A stretch of DNA of 33,411 nt from Candidatus Peribacteraceae bacterium (GCA_035290085.1 DATDVK010000110.1:1-33411), one strand, 5' to 3'; positions 1 to 7,402 are shown, counted from the stretch's first letter. Program-made: numbers and translations. Notes: generated by a model not told the origin, from the sequence alone.

Positions 1-1
1 G

Positions 2-1558
2 GCAGGAGCCCCGCCGTACGCGACCGGGGTGTTCTACCCCGATACCGACGGGAACGGATCGGTTGAACCGCTGGACGTCCTGAAGGGCATTAACCGCTTG
101 AATACGGTTGGTTCCCGGGTGGTGGACATCTTTGCCGATGCGCCAAACTGGTACGATGCCAGTGGAGACGGATACCACTCCCCGTTGGACGAGCTGCTGA
201 AGATAAACTGGCTCAACCAGCATGGGTCCGGACCGTTCCCGAAGCCGCCGCTCACCAACTTCGCTCCGCGAGGACAGGACATGGTCATCCCCATGCCGGA
301 GCAATCCAGCATGGCGTTCAGCGCCCCATTCCTCGACCCCGAACAGTTACCGATGGACTTCTGGGTGATCGATGGGCCGCAGCACGGCACCATCACCCAG
401 GCGGTTCCGAACGGCAATGTGTTCGTCTATCGCCCCGAGTACGGCTTCTTTGATGGCACGGATTACGTCATCATCGAGGCCATGGACAGCGGTGCCATGA
501 CGGCGACCGCACGCGTAGAATTCACTGTTTCGTTCGATCCCTCCTTACCCCACCCGCCAGTCGCGGTTGTGGATGTCCTTGAAACGTGGGATGACATTAC
601 CGGATGGATAGATCCAACGTTGAACGACCGTTCCTTCAGTGGGGCGTTGCAAGTTGTCGACAATACGCAAGCCCAGAACGGTCAAGTCAATAGGATCTGG
701 AATGGCCTCTTCTACACGCCGAACCATGGTTTCGTCGGGCAAGATGCGTTCGAGTACACCATCGAGGACGGGGCCGGGTTGCGCGCTGAGGGACGGGTTG
801 AAGTCACAGTGATGTTCAACAACCCACCAGTGCCGAGCAGCCCGACGTTCCAGATGGTTGAGGACAACGCTTTCGCGTTCGTTGCCCGAGACCTCGGAAC
901 GGATCCTGATGGCCATGCCCTTGATTTTGTGGTCCTGTCGTCTCCACAGCATGGTGGCTTCTCCACGAGCCAAGATCCGTGGTCGTATGTCCCAAATCCG
1001 GATTTCATCGGGGAGGACAGTTTCACCTACCTGCTGGTCGACGATTTTGGGAAGACCGCGGCCGGTGTGGTCACGATCAACGTCCTGCCGGATCTCTTCG
1101 AGGGTCCGTACCTCACGCGTTCCGAAGTGGTCTACTCGCTCGTGGAAGCGTATGCGGGCGGTGTGATCATCGACCACACCGGAGTGCAGTCGTACAGCGA
1201 CGTCCCTTCCACCTACTGGGCGTGGGCCCATTGGGAGGAGCTCTCTTCGGAGGGCTGGGACGACTCCGGGTTCGCGGTCGGCACCGAGGCCTACCCCGAG
1301 CGGCCGGTCACCTACGGGGAAATCGTCCTGCTGGGCGAGATCCTCACCGGGCGGCCGTACGCGAACGGGATGCACCTGGCCACGGCGGTGGATCTGTGCT
1401 GGGTCACACAGGACGAAGCCAATCGTCCAGCGGATTCCGTGGCTACCCAGCGCGGGATCGCGCTCATGGCCGTGATGCACGAAGAGACCGCTTGCGGCCT
1501 CTCGCCCACGGACGTGGACCTGCTCGTGCAGGACTTCCTGCAGCAGATTCACCAGTAA
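2..1558 (+). CDS. Cell-surface protein, C-terminal part (5' end runs off the window): dockerin/EF-hand-like Ca-binding repeats, three cadherin/Ig-like repeats, SLH-like C-terminus
   Basis: The frame of track ORF 29..1558 has no stop back to nt 2 (GCA GGA GCC CCG CCG TAC GCG ACC GGG GTG), so the GTG at 29 is probably internal. Motifs: DTDGNGSVEPLDVLKGINRLN and DASGDGYHSPLDELLKINWLN. There are three ~90-aa repeats with the Y.P...F.G.D.F.Y..(E/D)D signature ending in V(E/T)(F/V/I)(T/N)V. The C-terminus has YSDVPSTYWAWAHWEEL...PERPVTYGEIV, which resembles an SLH domain. Confidence 0.75.
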   Translation, partial: AGAPPYATGVFYPDTDGNGSVEPLDVLKGINRLNTVGSRVVDIFADAPNWYDASGDGYHSPLDELLKINWLNQHGSGPFPKPPLTNFAPRGQDMVIPMPEQSSMAFSAPFLDPEQLPMDFWVIDGPQHGTITQAVPNGNVFVYRPEYGFFDGTDYVIIEAMDSGAMTATARVEFTVSFDPSLPHPPVAVVDVLETWDDITGWIDPTLNDRSFSGALQVVDNTQAQNGQVNRIWNGLFYTPNHGFVGQDAFEYTIEDGAGLRAEGRVEVTVMFNNPPVPSSPTFQMVEDNAFAFVARDLGTDPDGHALDFVVLSSPQHGGFSTSQDPWSYVPNPDFIGEDSFTYLLVDDFGKTAAGVVTINVLPDLFEGPYLTRSEVVYSLVEAYAGGVIIDHTGVQSYSDVPSTYWAWAHWEELSSEGWDDSGFAVGTEAYPERPVTYGEIVLLGEILTGRPYANGMHLATAVDLCWVTQDEANRPADSVATQRGIALMAVMHEETACGLSPTDVDLLVQDFLQQIHQ

Positions 1559-1594
1559 CGCCGTTTGAAAGCCGAAACTATTTTTGAACCCCCA

Positions 1595-1633
1595 AATCGC
1601 AGAGGCACTTGGAAACCCCTCTGCGATTTTTTT
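1595..1633 (+). terminator. Rho-independent terminator of the surface-protein gene
   Basis: An 11-bp perfect stem, aatcgcagagg (1595-1605) pairing with cctctgcgatt (1618-1628), is followed by a T-run to 1633. It lies 37 nt after the stop codon. Confidence 0.8.
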
Positions 1634-1651
1634 GCATAGTTGTCGTTTGTA

Positions 1652-1681
1652 TTGACTGCTTATCTTTCAAACGGGTAGCGT
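1652..1681 (+). promoter_or_regulatory. Candidate sigma70-type promoter (TTGACT - 18 nt - TAGCGT)
   Basis: TTGACT at 1652-1657 and TAGCGT at 1676-1681. It shares the TTGACTGC / CAAACGG / TAGC / GTTCAT blocks with the trpS promoter inside the element at 3132-3212. Confidence 0.35.
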
Positions 1682-1687
1682 TCATAG

Positions 1688-1826
1688 CGGCTGGAATCAC
1701 CTTCTTGGTGGGGCTGATACTCGCGGCTCCGGAAGGAATGGGTCCCTTCTTAAGCCAGGAAGGCTCTAGCTGCTTCGGGGCCGGGTGCAAAGATCGTATC
1801 GATGCACCTGGCCCTTAATTTTTTTT
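1688..1826 (+). ncRNA. Candidate small transcript (sRNA or very small ORF) bounded by its own promoter and terminator
   Basis: It lies between a terminated upstream gene and rluA-family gene. It has a putative promoter at 1652-1681 and a strong terminator at 1778-1826. No family was recognised. Track ORF 1609..1818 starts inside the previous terminator and is unconvincing. Confidence 0.3.
1778..1826 (+). terminator. Second, independent rho-independent terminator
   Basis: A 12-bp stem, gggccgggtgca (1778-1789) pairing with tgcacctggccc (1803-1814, one G-U pair), has a 13-nt loop and is followed by ttaatttttttt. Confidence 0.7.
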
Positions 1827-1873
1827 GTTCCCCTTGGCTGTTGGCTGAGAGAACGTTCGAGTAGAGTACCTCC

Positions 1874-2530
1874 ATGTCCATCTCCCGTGACCGCATCCTC
1901 TACGAAGACGCGTACCTCCTCGCAGTAGATAAGCTCGGCGGGGAATTGGTGGTGAAAGGCAAAGGGGAAGTGGGGAAATTGCCTCTTCTGGATTTCCTGA
2001 AGAAGGACTATCCCGGACTCCGCACGCTCCATCGTCTGGACTTTGAAACATCGGGGGTCGTCGTCTTTGCGCGTACGAAAGAAGCGTATGAGCAAGTGAT
2101 GGCTGCGCATTTTGCCGGGTGGAAGAAGATCTACCGCACTCTCGTCGTAGGGAGGATGGACCGGGAAAAGGGAGAGGTTCATAAGCCGCTTCCGGCCCGC
2201 AGCGGGAAGGGGACTGTGGAGGCGGTGACCCGGTACACCGTGCTGGATCGGTTTGCGAACTCCAGTGACGTCGAAGCCGAAATAGAGACCGGCCGCCACC
2301 ACCAGATCCGGCGTCACTTCGCTTCCATCGGGTACCCCCTTGTTCTCGATCATGTGTACGGGAACGAGAAGTTCAACCGCGTGTTCACACAGGAATTCGG
2401 GTACAGGAAATTCTTCCTTCATGCTGCAAGGGTGGAACTTCCTCATCCCATCACAGGAAAAAGCATCGTAATCGAAGCACCATTGCCAAAAACATTTGAG
2501 AAGATCATCAAGACGCTCAAATCACTGTGA
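1874..2530 (+). CDS. RluA-family pseudouridine synthase (no S4 domain)
   Basis: 218 aa. HRLDFETSG catalytic-Asp motif and ETGRHHQIRRH motif, with the typical RluA-family length and layout. Confidence 0.9.
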   Translation: MSISRDRILYEDAYLLAVDKLGGELVVKGKGEVGKLPLLDFLKKDYPGLRTLHRLDFETSGVVVFARTKEAYEQVMAAHFAGWKKIYRTLVVGRMDREKGEVHKPLPARSGKGTVEAVTRYTVLDRFANSSDVEAEIETGRHHQIRRHFASIGYPLVLDHVYGNEKFNRVFTQEFGYRKFFLHAARVELPHPITGKSIVIEAPLPKTFEKIIKTLKSL

Positions 2531-3131
2531 AAGTGCCAGGGGGAGAAGCTGACATCGCTGTACCCATCGGTACAACCGCACCGACTGCGAAGTTGGGTCA
2601 TTGGTGCGTGTGCAGTCCGCAGAGCGGACAGCGCAGCGAGGAAGAAGCCTCCTCCCTCACCTTGGCGCGATTGGCTCAGAAAGAACCGTGCGAAGTATGC
2701 AAAGCGTTACCCGTTCGACAAAGCGTGGCTGCTCTGCGGCCGCGTCATCAGAAAGTCATTCCTTCAGGGGCGGGCTCAGGGCGAAGCGCGGGGGCTCTGC
2801 CCCCGCGTGCTTCACGGTTGCCGACAATCATTTTCAGGTTGTTTTGATGGAGCCGGGGTGGGAAAACTGCTCCATGTCCTAGGCCATGTTCCGGGGGCTT
2901 TTTGAGATGCTCCCCGATGCATGCCGCAGACTGCGACATGAGAAGCCCGATTGCTTCTCGAGAATATGCCGCACAAACTGCGACTTGCAGTGAGACCAGG
3001 AATGGCCTCCTCCTCCCACCTCGGCGTTGTTCTCTTACACGAAAAGAACGTGGGAGAAATTTATTCCTCTACTATGATTATGCAATAATTTTCCAAAGAT
3101 TTTCTCCAGTGGTTATTTCTGCCTGGAAGCG

Positions 3132-3212
3132 CTAGACACGGCGTCGTTTGTCGATGCCGCAACGTATGTACAAAGTATGTAAAATTTTGACTGCAAACGG
3201 CGCTGTGTCTAG
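3132..3212 (+). mobile_element. MITE-like palindromic element, copy 1 (19-bp terminal inverted repeats, 43-bp core) carrying the trpS promoter
   Basis: Left arm ctagacacggcgtcgtttg (3132-3150) and right arm caaacggcgctgtgtctag (3194-3212), 17/19 complementary. The first 22 nt match the copy at 28568-28705 in inverted orientation. No transposase is present. Confidence 0.5.
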
Positions 3213-3215
3213 CAT
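3187..3215 (+). promoter_or_regulatory. trpS promoter, TTGACT - 17 nt - TAGCAT, 6 nt before the ATG (leaderless-type)
   Basis: -35 TTGACT at 3187-3192, an exact 17-nt spacer, and -10 TAGCAT at 3210-3215. The TAG of the -10 box is the last 3 nt of the inverted repeat. The ATG is at 3222. Confidence 0.55.
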
Positions 3216-3221
3216 ACGTTC

Positions 3222-4178
3222 ATGCGCGTGCTCTCCGCCATGCAGCCCTCCGGGCAGCTGCACTTGGGAAACTACTTCGGTTCCATGAAGCCGAACCTCG
3301 ATTTCCTCGCGCAGTCGGAGGACAGCTACTTCTTCATTGCCGATCTCCACGCCCTCACCTCGGTGCAGGATCCCGCACTTCTCCGGCAGTACAGGGAAGA
3401 TGCCATTCTGGGCTATCTTGCGGCGGGATTTGATCCCAAGAAGGCGGTGATCTTCTACCAGTCCGAGGTGCCGGAACACACGGAGCTTCTGTGGATTCTC
3501 TCCACGGTGTCCCCCGTGGGTTTGCTGGAGCGTGCGGTGAGTTATAAGGAGAAAGTGGAGAAGGGTATTTCCGCTTCCGTCGGCTTGTTTGCGTATCCTG
3601 TGCTGCAGGCGGCGGACATCCTGCTGTATGGTGCGGACAAGGTCCCCGTCGGGAAAGATCAGAAACAGCATGTGGAGATGGCGAGGGATATCGCCATCAA
3701 GTTCAACAACCAGTTTGGGGAGGTTCTCACGGTGCCGGAGCCGGTGATTGGTGAGGAAGTTGCGGTGGTCCCCGGTATAGACGGGCAGAAGATGAGCAAG
3801 AGCTACGGCAATACCATTCCGCTCTTCGGGGATGAGAAGGAAGTGAAGAAGGCGATTATGGGGATCGTGACCGATTCCAAGGAAAAAGATGATCCCAAGG
3901 ATCCTGAGACCTGCATCATCTATCAGATTCACCGTCTCATGCTGGGGAAGAAGGAGGCTCTTGCTTTGGCAAAGGAGTACCGCAGCGGGCTCCCGTACGG
4001 GGAAGCCAAGAAGAAGCTCTTCCAGTCGTACATGGAGTTCTTTGGGCCTATGCGTCAGCGCAGGGAGGTAATTTCTCTGAAAGAGGCACGGCATGTGCTG
4101 GATGAAGGGGCCAAAAAAGCCCGCTTTGCAGCCCAGAAGACGATGGAGGAGGTGCGCAGGGCCATTGGATTGAGGTAG
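3222..4178 (+). CDS. trpS: Tryptophanyl-tRNA synthetase
   Basis: 318 aa. HIGH-region PSGQLHLGNY and KMSKS (GQKMSKS), with the length and order typical of bacterial TrpRS. Confidence 0.93.
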   Translation: MRVLSAMQPSGQLHLGNYFGSMKPNLDFLAQSEDSYFFIADLHALTSVQDPALLRQYREDAILGYLAAGFDPKKAVIFYQSEVPEHTELLWILSTVSPVGLLERAVSYKEKVEKGISASVGLFAYPVLQAADILLYGADKVPVGKDQKQHVEMARDIAIKFNNQFGEVLTVPEPVIGEEVAVVPGIDGQKMSKSYGNTIPLFGDEKEVKKAIMGIVTDSKEKDDPKDPETCIIYQIHRLMLGKKEALALAKEYRSGLPYGEAKKKLFQSYMEFFGPMRQRREVISLKEARHVLDEGAKKARFAAQKTMEEVRRAIGLR

Positions 4179-4189
4179 AGGCAGAAATT

Positions 4190-4198
4190 TGGTATAAT
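4190..4198 (+). promoter_or_regulatory. Extended -10 promoter TGGTATAAT
   Basis: tTGgTATAAT at 4190-4198. The track ATG at 4202 is only 3 nt downstream, so the in-frame ATG at 4223 is the more plausible start. Confidence 0.5.
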
Positions 4199-4222
4199 GG
4201 TATGAAAATACCAACACACATC

Positions 4223-4915
4223 ATGAAGAACCGAAGATCCGCACACGTTCTCATCACAGCGCTCCTGGGGGTGATGACTATTCCAGTCGCAGTGCAGCAT
4301 GTACTGCTAGGTTCTGTTGTGAGTGACGAAGGAGACTATGCCATCTTCCGTTCTCTGGATGACGACGGAATGAATTTCCAGGGAGAGGATATTCGCCAGG
4401 ATGTCATCGATTACCAGAGTACGTTCCGTGCCCAACGGCGGGCATACTCACGTGCCGTTGAGCGCTGCCGTGACCGCCGCAGGGAGGACGAGAGCATCGA
4501 ATGTCCGGAATTCAATGATGCCGATGCGTATGAGGCAGATGTGATTCAGCCTGTGCATGCGGCTGCGGAACCCGGGCAGGGAGTGCGTGAGGCTCCGAGC
4601 AGCCGCGAACTTGTGCGCCAGCTGAGCACCGAAGAAAGGGAGCTGCTCCGCACGTATACGCGTGCAGGGTTCTGCAGCACCACATTGGGCGAGTCTCTCT
4701 ACGAGCTCTGCCGTGCCATTGTCGGCGAGGAGGACACCAAAACAGCACCCTCGGGATTTATCAATGACAATGTTCTACTCCACAGTCGCTACGCCGCGCC
4801 GCGCCCAACTCTGAAGTTGCGGCTGCAGATGCTGGACGAAGCTATCTCCGGTTCACGTGGCCGCCGCACCGACGTGGGTGGCCCCATGCGGTACCAGGGA
4901 GGCTTGAATAAGTAG
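4223..4915 (+). CDS. Secreted hypothetical protein (signal peptide, charged Cys-containing helical region)
   Basis: MKNRRSAHVLITALLGVMTIPVAV looks like a signal peptide. No family was recognised. The track start at 4202 is an alternative. Confidence 0.6.
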   Translation: MKNRRSAHVLITALLGVMTIPVAVQHVLLGSVVSDEGDYAIFRSLDDDGMNFQGEDIRQDVIDYQSTFRAQRRAYSRAVERCRDRRREDESIECPEFNDADAYEADVIQPVHAAAEPGQGVREAPSSRELVRQLSTEERELLRTYTRAGFCSTTLGESLYELCRAIVGEEDTKTAPSGFINDNVLLHSRYAAPRPTLKLRLQMLDEAISGSRGRRTDVGGPMRYQGGLNK

Positions 4916-4966
4916 CGTTCCAAATACTCGCTTCTTCATTGCGACTTGGTAGTACTATGCTGGTGT

Positions 4967-5554
4967 ATGAGCACTCCGTTCGTGCTTGCATCGGCGAGTC
5001 CGCAGCGCAAAATGCTTCTTCAGGGTCTTGGTGTGGATTGCATCGTTTGTGCGAGTGAGAAGGCCGAGTCGGTGTGCATGGAGGCAGATCCGGTGGAGCG
5101 TGCAAAAATACTCGCACGCCTGAAGGCGGATGATGTCGCCAGGCAGTACCCTGATGCTTGGGTCCTCGGAGGCGATACGCTGGTTGTTTCTTCTCGGGGA
5201 GAGCTCCTTGAGAAGCCGCTCGACGCGGATGACGCCCGGCGCATGCTCCGCTTCCACAGCGGTTCGGCTTCCACTGTGCACTCAACACTGTGCCTCAGGA
5301 GTCCTGCCGGAAAGTTTTTCGAGGGACTCTCGACGTCGAACGTGTATTTCCGGGAGCTTTCGGATGCAGATATTGAATGGTGGATAGCCACAGGACTGTG
5401 GAGGGACCGTTCGGGTGCCTTCCAGATCGATGGCCATGGCCAGCTCCTCATCTCGCGCCTCGAAGGAGACTGGTCGGGTGTTGTGGGGTTGCCGGTGTTC
5501 TTGTTCGGAGAGCTCTGCAGGCAGGCAGGTCTTGATTTGTTTCCAAAGAGATGA
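4967..5554 (+). CDS. maf: Maf-like nucleoside triphosphate pyrophosphatase
   Basis: Motifs LASASPQRK and GGDTLVV, with Maf-family length. The ATG at 4967 is preferred over the track TTG at 4946 because TTGGTAGTACTAT (4946-4958) looks like the promoter. A leaderless mRNA is likely. Confidence 0.85.
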   Translation: MSTPFVLASASPQRKMLLQGLGVDCIVCASEKAESVCMEADPVERAKILARLKADDVARQYPDAWVLGGDTLVVSSRGELLEKPLDADDARRMLRFHSGSASTVHSTLCLRSPAGKFFEGLSTSNVYFRELSDADIEWWIATGLWRDRSGAFQIDGHGQLLISRLEGDWSGVVGLPVFLFGELCRQAGLDLFPKR

Positions 5555-5556
5555 GA

Positions 5557-5582
5557 ATAAGAGAGTAAGAGCACCCTCTTAT
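5557..5582. terminator. Weak hairpin between convergent maf and IMPase genes
   Basis: ataagag (5557-5563) pairs with ctcttat (5576-5582) around a 12-nt loop. There is no clear U-tract. Confidence 0.25.
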
Positions 5583-5583
5583 C

Positions 5584-6411
5584 TCACGTGAGGTTCTTCT
5601 CAAACACAAATGAACACAGCTCATCAAAGATCGGTGCAGTGGAAGCGACGGCCAGGAGCCCTGAGCGCTTGTTTTTTGGCTCGAGAAACTCGTACCGGTA
5701 CTTGCCCCCAGCTTCTTCCATCATAAGGAAGCCTGCAGCGATGTCCCACAGCCGAATGCCTCTGAAGAAAGCTCCGTCGTTCTGCCCAAGAAGAATTTCT
5801 CCAAGCTCCTGGATGGCGCAGCCATAGTTTTCCATCGAAGCGCAAAATGGCATGGAGGCGTACCAGGCACCATCTTTTCCCTCTTCCGCGCGGCGCAGGA
5901 TGTTCGATGAGAGAATCGCATCATGCATTCCCTTTGTCTGCCGCAGCGAAACCTTCCGCCCGTTGATGGTGGCTCCTTTCCCGAGTGCCCCCTGGTACAG
6001 CTTCTTGAGAAGGGGCATGTACATAACACCTGCTTGGAATGTGCCGTTTTTCTGGACGGTGACGATCGTACCGAAGTTCTCTTTGCCGTGGACGAAGTTC
6101 GTCGTTCCATCCAGCGGATCGATGATCCACTCGTAGGGGGAGTCGGGATTTCCCAAATCATCTGCTCCTTCTTCCTCTGCGATGAACCGGTGATCCGGGA
6201 AGTGGTCCTGAATGGCAGAGATGATGGCATCCTGCGCGAGTCGATCCGCCTCTGTAACGAGGTCGATAGGGGAGCTCTTTGTACCTACTTCCAGCCGATC
6301 AGTTGCATGTGCTCCAAAGACGGCATGGTGCTTATCCACGAGTAAATCTGCAGCTCTCAGTACTGCCTCATTCGCGATTTCCAGCAGCGTTTCAACGGAG
6401 GGAGTACTCAT
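5584..6411 (-). CDS. Inositol monophosphatase family protein (IMPase/FBPase-type)
   Basis: 275 aa. Motifs EEEG, DPLDGTTNF and WDIAAG. Confidence 0.9.
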   Translation of the reverse strand: MSTPSVETLLEIANEAVLRAADLLVDKHHAVFGAHATDRLEVGTKSSPIDLVTEADRLAQDAIISAIQDHFPDHRFIAEEEGADDLGNPDSPYEWIIDPLDGTTNFVHGKENFGTIVTVQKNGTFQAGVMYMPLLKKLYQGALGKGATINGRKVSLRQTKGMHDAILSSNILRRAEEGKDGAWYASMPFCASMENYGCAIQELGEILLGQNDGAFFRGIRLWDIAAGFLMMEEAGGKYRYEFLEPKNKRSGLLAVASTAPIFDELCSFVFEKNLT

Positions 6412-6545
6412 GTCACCTCGTCTTCGACAGGATCATGCCCTTCGCCGATCATCTCTCCAATTTCGTCACCCATGTTGTAGGTTCCTTCTTCCGGCTGACA
6501 GGTGTTCTTGTCATCATCGTCATCATCATCGTCATCAAAGAACAT
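6408..6545 (-). CDS. Small (45 aa) highly acidic ORF with a poly-Asp run; its stop overlaps the IMPase start (ATGA)
   Basis: Hand translation: MFFDDDDDDDDDKNTCQPEEGTYNMGDEIGEMIGEGHDPVEDEVT. The TGA at 6408-6410 overlaps the IMPase ATG at 6409-6411. It is below the size cut-off of the ORF track. Confidence 0.35.
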   Translation of the reverse strand: MFFDDDDDDDDDKNTCQPEEGTYNMGDEIGEMIGEGHDPVEDEVT

Positions 6546-6596
6546 GATGAATGTGGGGAAAGAATGTAAGGCGATTGTAGAGCGCCTTGTGGGATA

Positions 6597-7298
6597 TTAC
6601 AACGTGGGTAATCGGTGATTCTGCAGTTGGTCCCGCAGGGCACGGTACCCTGGCAGAGCCTCTTCCACGAGGCTCCAGTAGGCCGGGGAATGATCTGCAT
6701 GCTTTCGGTGTGCGAGTTCGTGGATGACAATGTAGCGGAGCAGGGAGGGTGGCACGCAGAGCAGTGCTGCATTCAGCATGATGATTCCCCGCGGGGAGCA
6801 GCTGCCCCACTGCGAGGAGGCGAACCGCAGCCGCACACATTGTATGTGTATGCCGAGCGTCTGCTCATTCGCCCTCTCCACGAACCGGCACAAGCGGTTG
6901 CTCTCCCTCTCTGCGATGATGTTCCAGAGAAACCGGTGCAGTGCAGCGCGCCGCGTACGAGGACCCACAGAAACGATCCATCCTTTCCTTGTGCGCGTTG
7001 CAGAGAGTTTCGTGCCTGCTCGAAGCACAATCTCATATCTTTTTCCATTCGCAAGTTCTATGACATCTCTCTGCTTTCCACTGAGCAAGCCTTTGAACGG
7101 ATGAATGTACACAATATGTTTTTCCTCTCTGAGGAGCTGCTTTGTCATCCTATCGAGCAGGTCTTCCACATGTTTGCGCTCTTCTGTTTTTGAGAGGTTC
7201 CGTGCGAGGCGAATGATGATCGTGTCTTCCCGAAACACCGCGCGCGAGTGTTTGTTGCAGGTCCTTTCCACTCGGTGCGGATAGAGGTTCTTCGCCAT
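6597..7298 (-). CDS. YgjP/DUF45 family (M48-like) zinc metallohydrolase
   Basis: WGSCSPRGIIMLN followed by YIVIHELAHRKHADHS (HExxH plus a downstream H). Confidence 0.85.
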   Translation of the reverse strand: MAKNLYPHRVERTCNKHSRAVFREDTIIIRLARNLSKTEERKHVEDLLDRMTKQLLREEKHIVYIHPFKGLLSGKQRDVIELANGKRYEIVLRAGTKLSATRTRKGWIVSVGPRTRRAALHRFLWNIIAERESNRLCRFVERANEQTLGIHIQCVRLRFASSQWGSCSPRGIIMLNAALLCVPPSLLRYIVIHELAHRKHADHSPAYWSLVEEALPGYRALRDQLQNHRLPTL

Positions 7299-7380
7299 AG
7301 AGGCGAGTAAGTATAGAACAGGAGGAAGCGGGTTGTCCGGATACTTGCATGTTTATGTAAATGTGTTTATGTAATATACA

Positions 7381-7402
7381 AGAAAGCTTCTTTTGGCTTT
7401 CT
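7381..7402 (-). terminator. Possible terminator hairpin after the secreted-protein gene
   Basis: agaaagc (7381-7387) pairs with gctttct (7396-7402). On the minus strand it is followed by TTGTATATT. It lies 40 nt after the stop at 7443. Confidence 0.35.

Noticed and set aside
545-1552. 335-aa minus-strand ORF antisense to the surface-protein gene
   Set aside because: It is Arg/Gly/Pro/His-rich and low-complexity, with no motifs. It lies entirely within a plus-strand ORF that has clear domain repeats, which is typical of an antisense ORF in GC-rich coding DNA.
1711-1735. tmRNA-like 5' end GGGGCUGAUACUCGCGG
   Set aside because: Only about 160 nt remain before the next gene, and there is no tRNA-like 3' end or tag reading frame.
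1720-1740. SRP RNA (4.5S) domain IV-like motif UCCGGAAGGAA
   Set aside because: The GGAA tetraloop with a 3-bp stem matches. However, the conserved AGCA on the 3' side and the CAGG on the 5' side are absent, and the flanks do not fold into the long SRP hairpin. It is treated only as part of an unclassified sRNA candidate.
2531-3131. RNase P RNA, tmRNA, T-box leader or tRNA in the large non-coding gap upstream of trpS
   Set aside because: On neither strand did I find a GAGGAAAGUCC or ACAGAA..GGCUUA P4 pair, a GGGGCUGAU...CCACCA tmRNA frame, a GGGUGGUACCGCG T-box sequence, or a GTTCGAATC-type T-loop with matching stems. I could only scan by eye.
3132-4217. 361-aa minus-strand ORF opposite trpS
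   Set aside because: trpS on the plus strand has unambiguous HIGH and KMSKS motifs. The antisense product is Leu/Arg/His-rich with no recognisable family.
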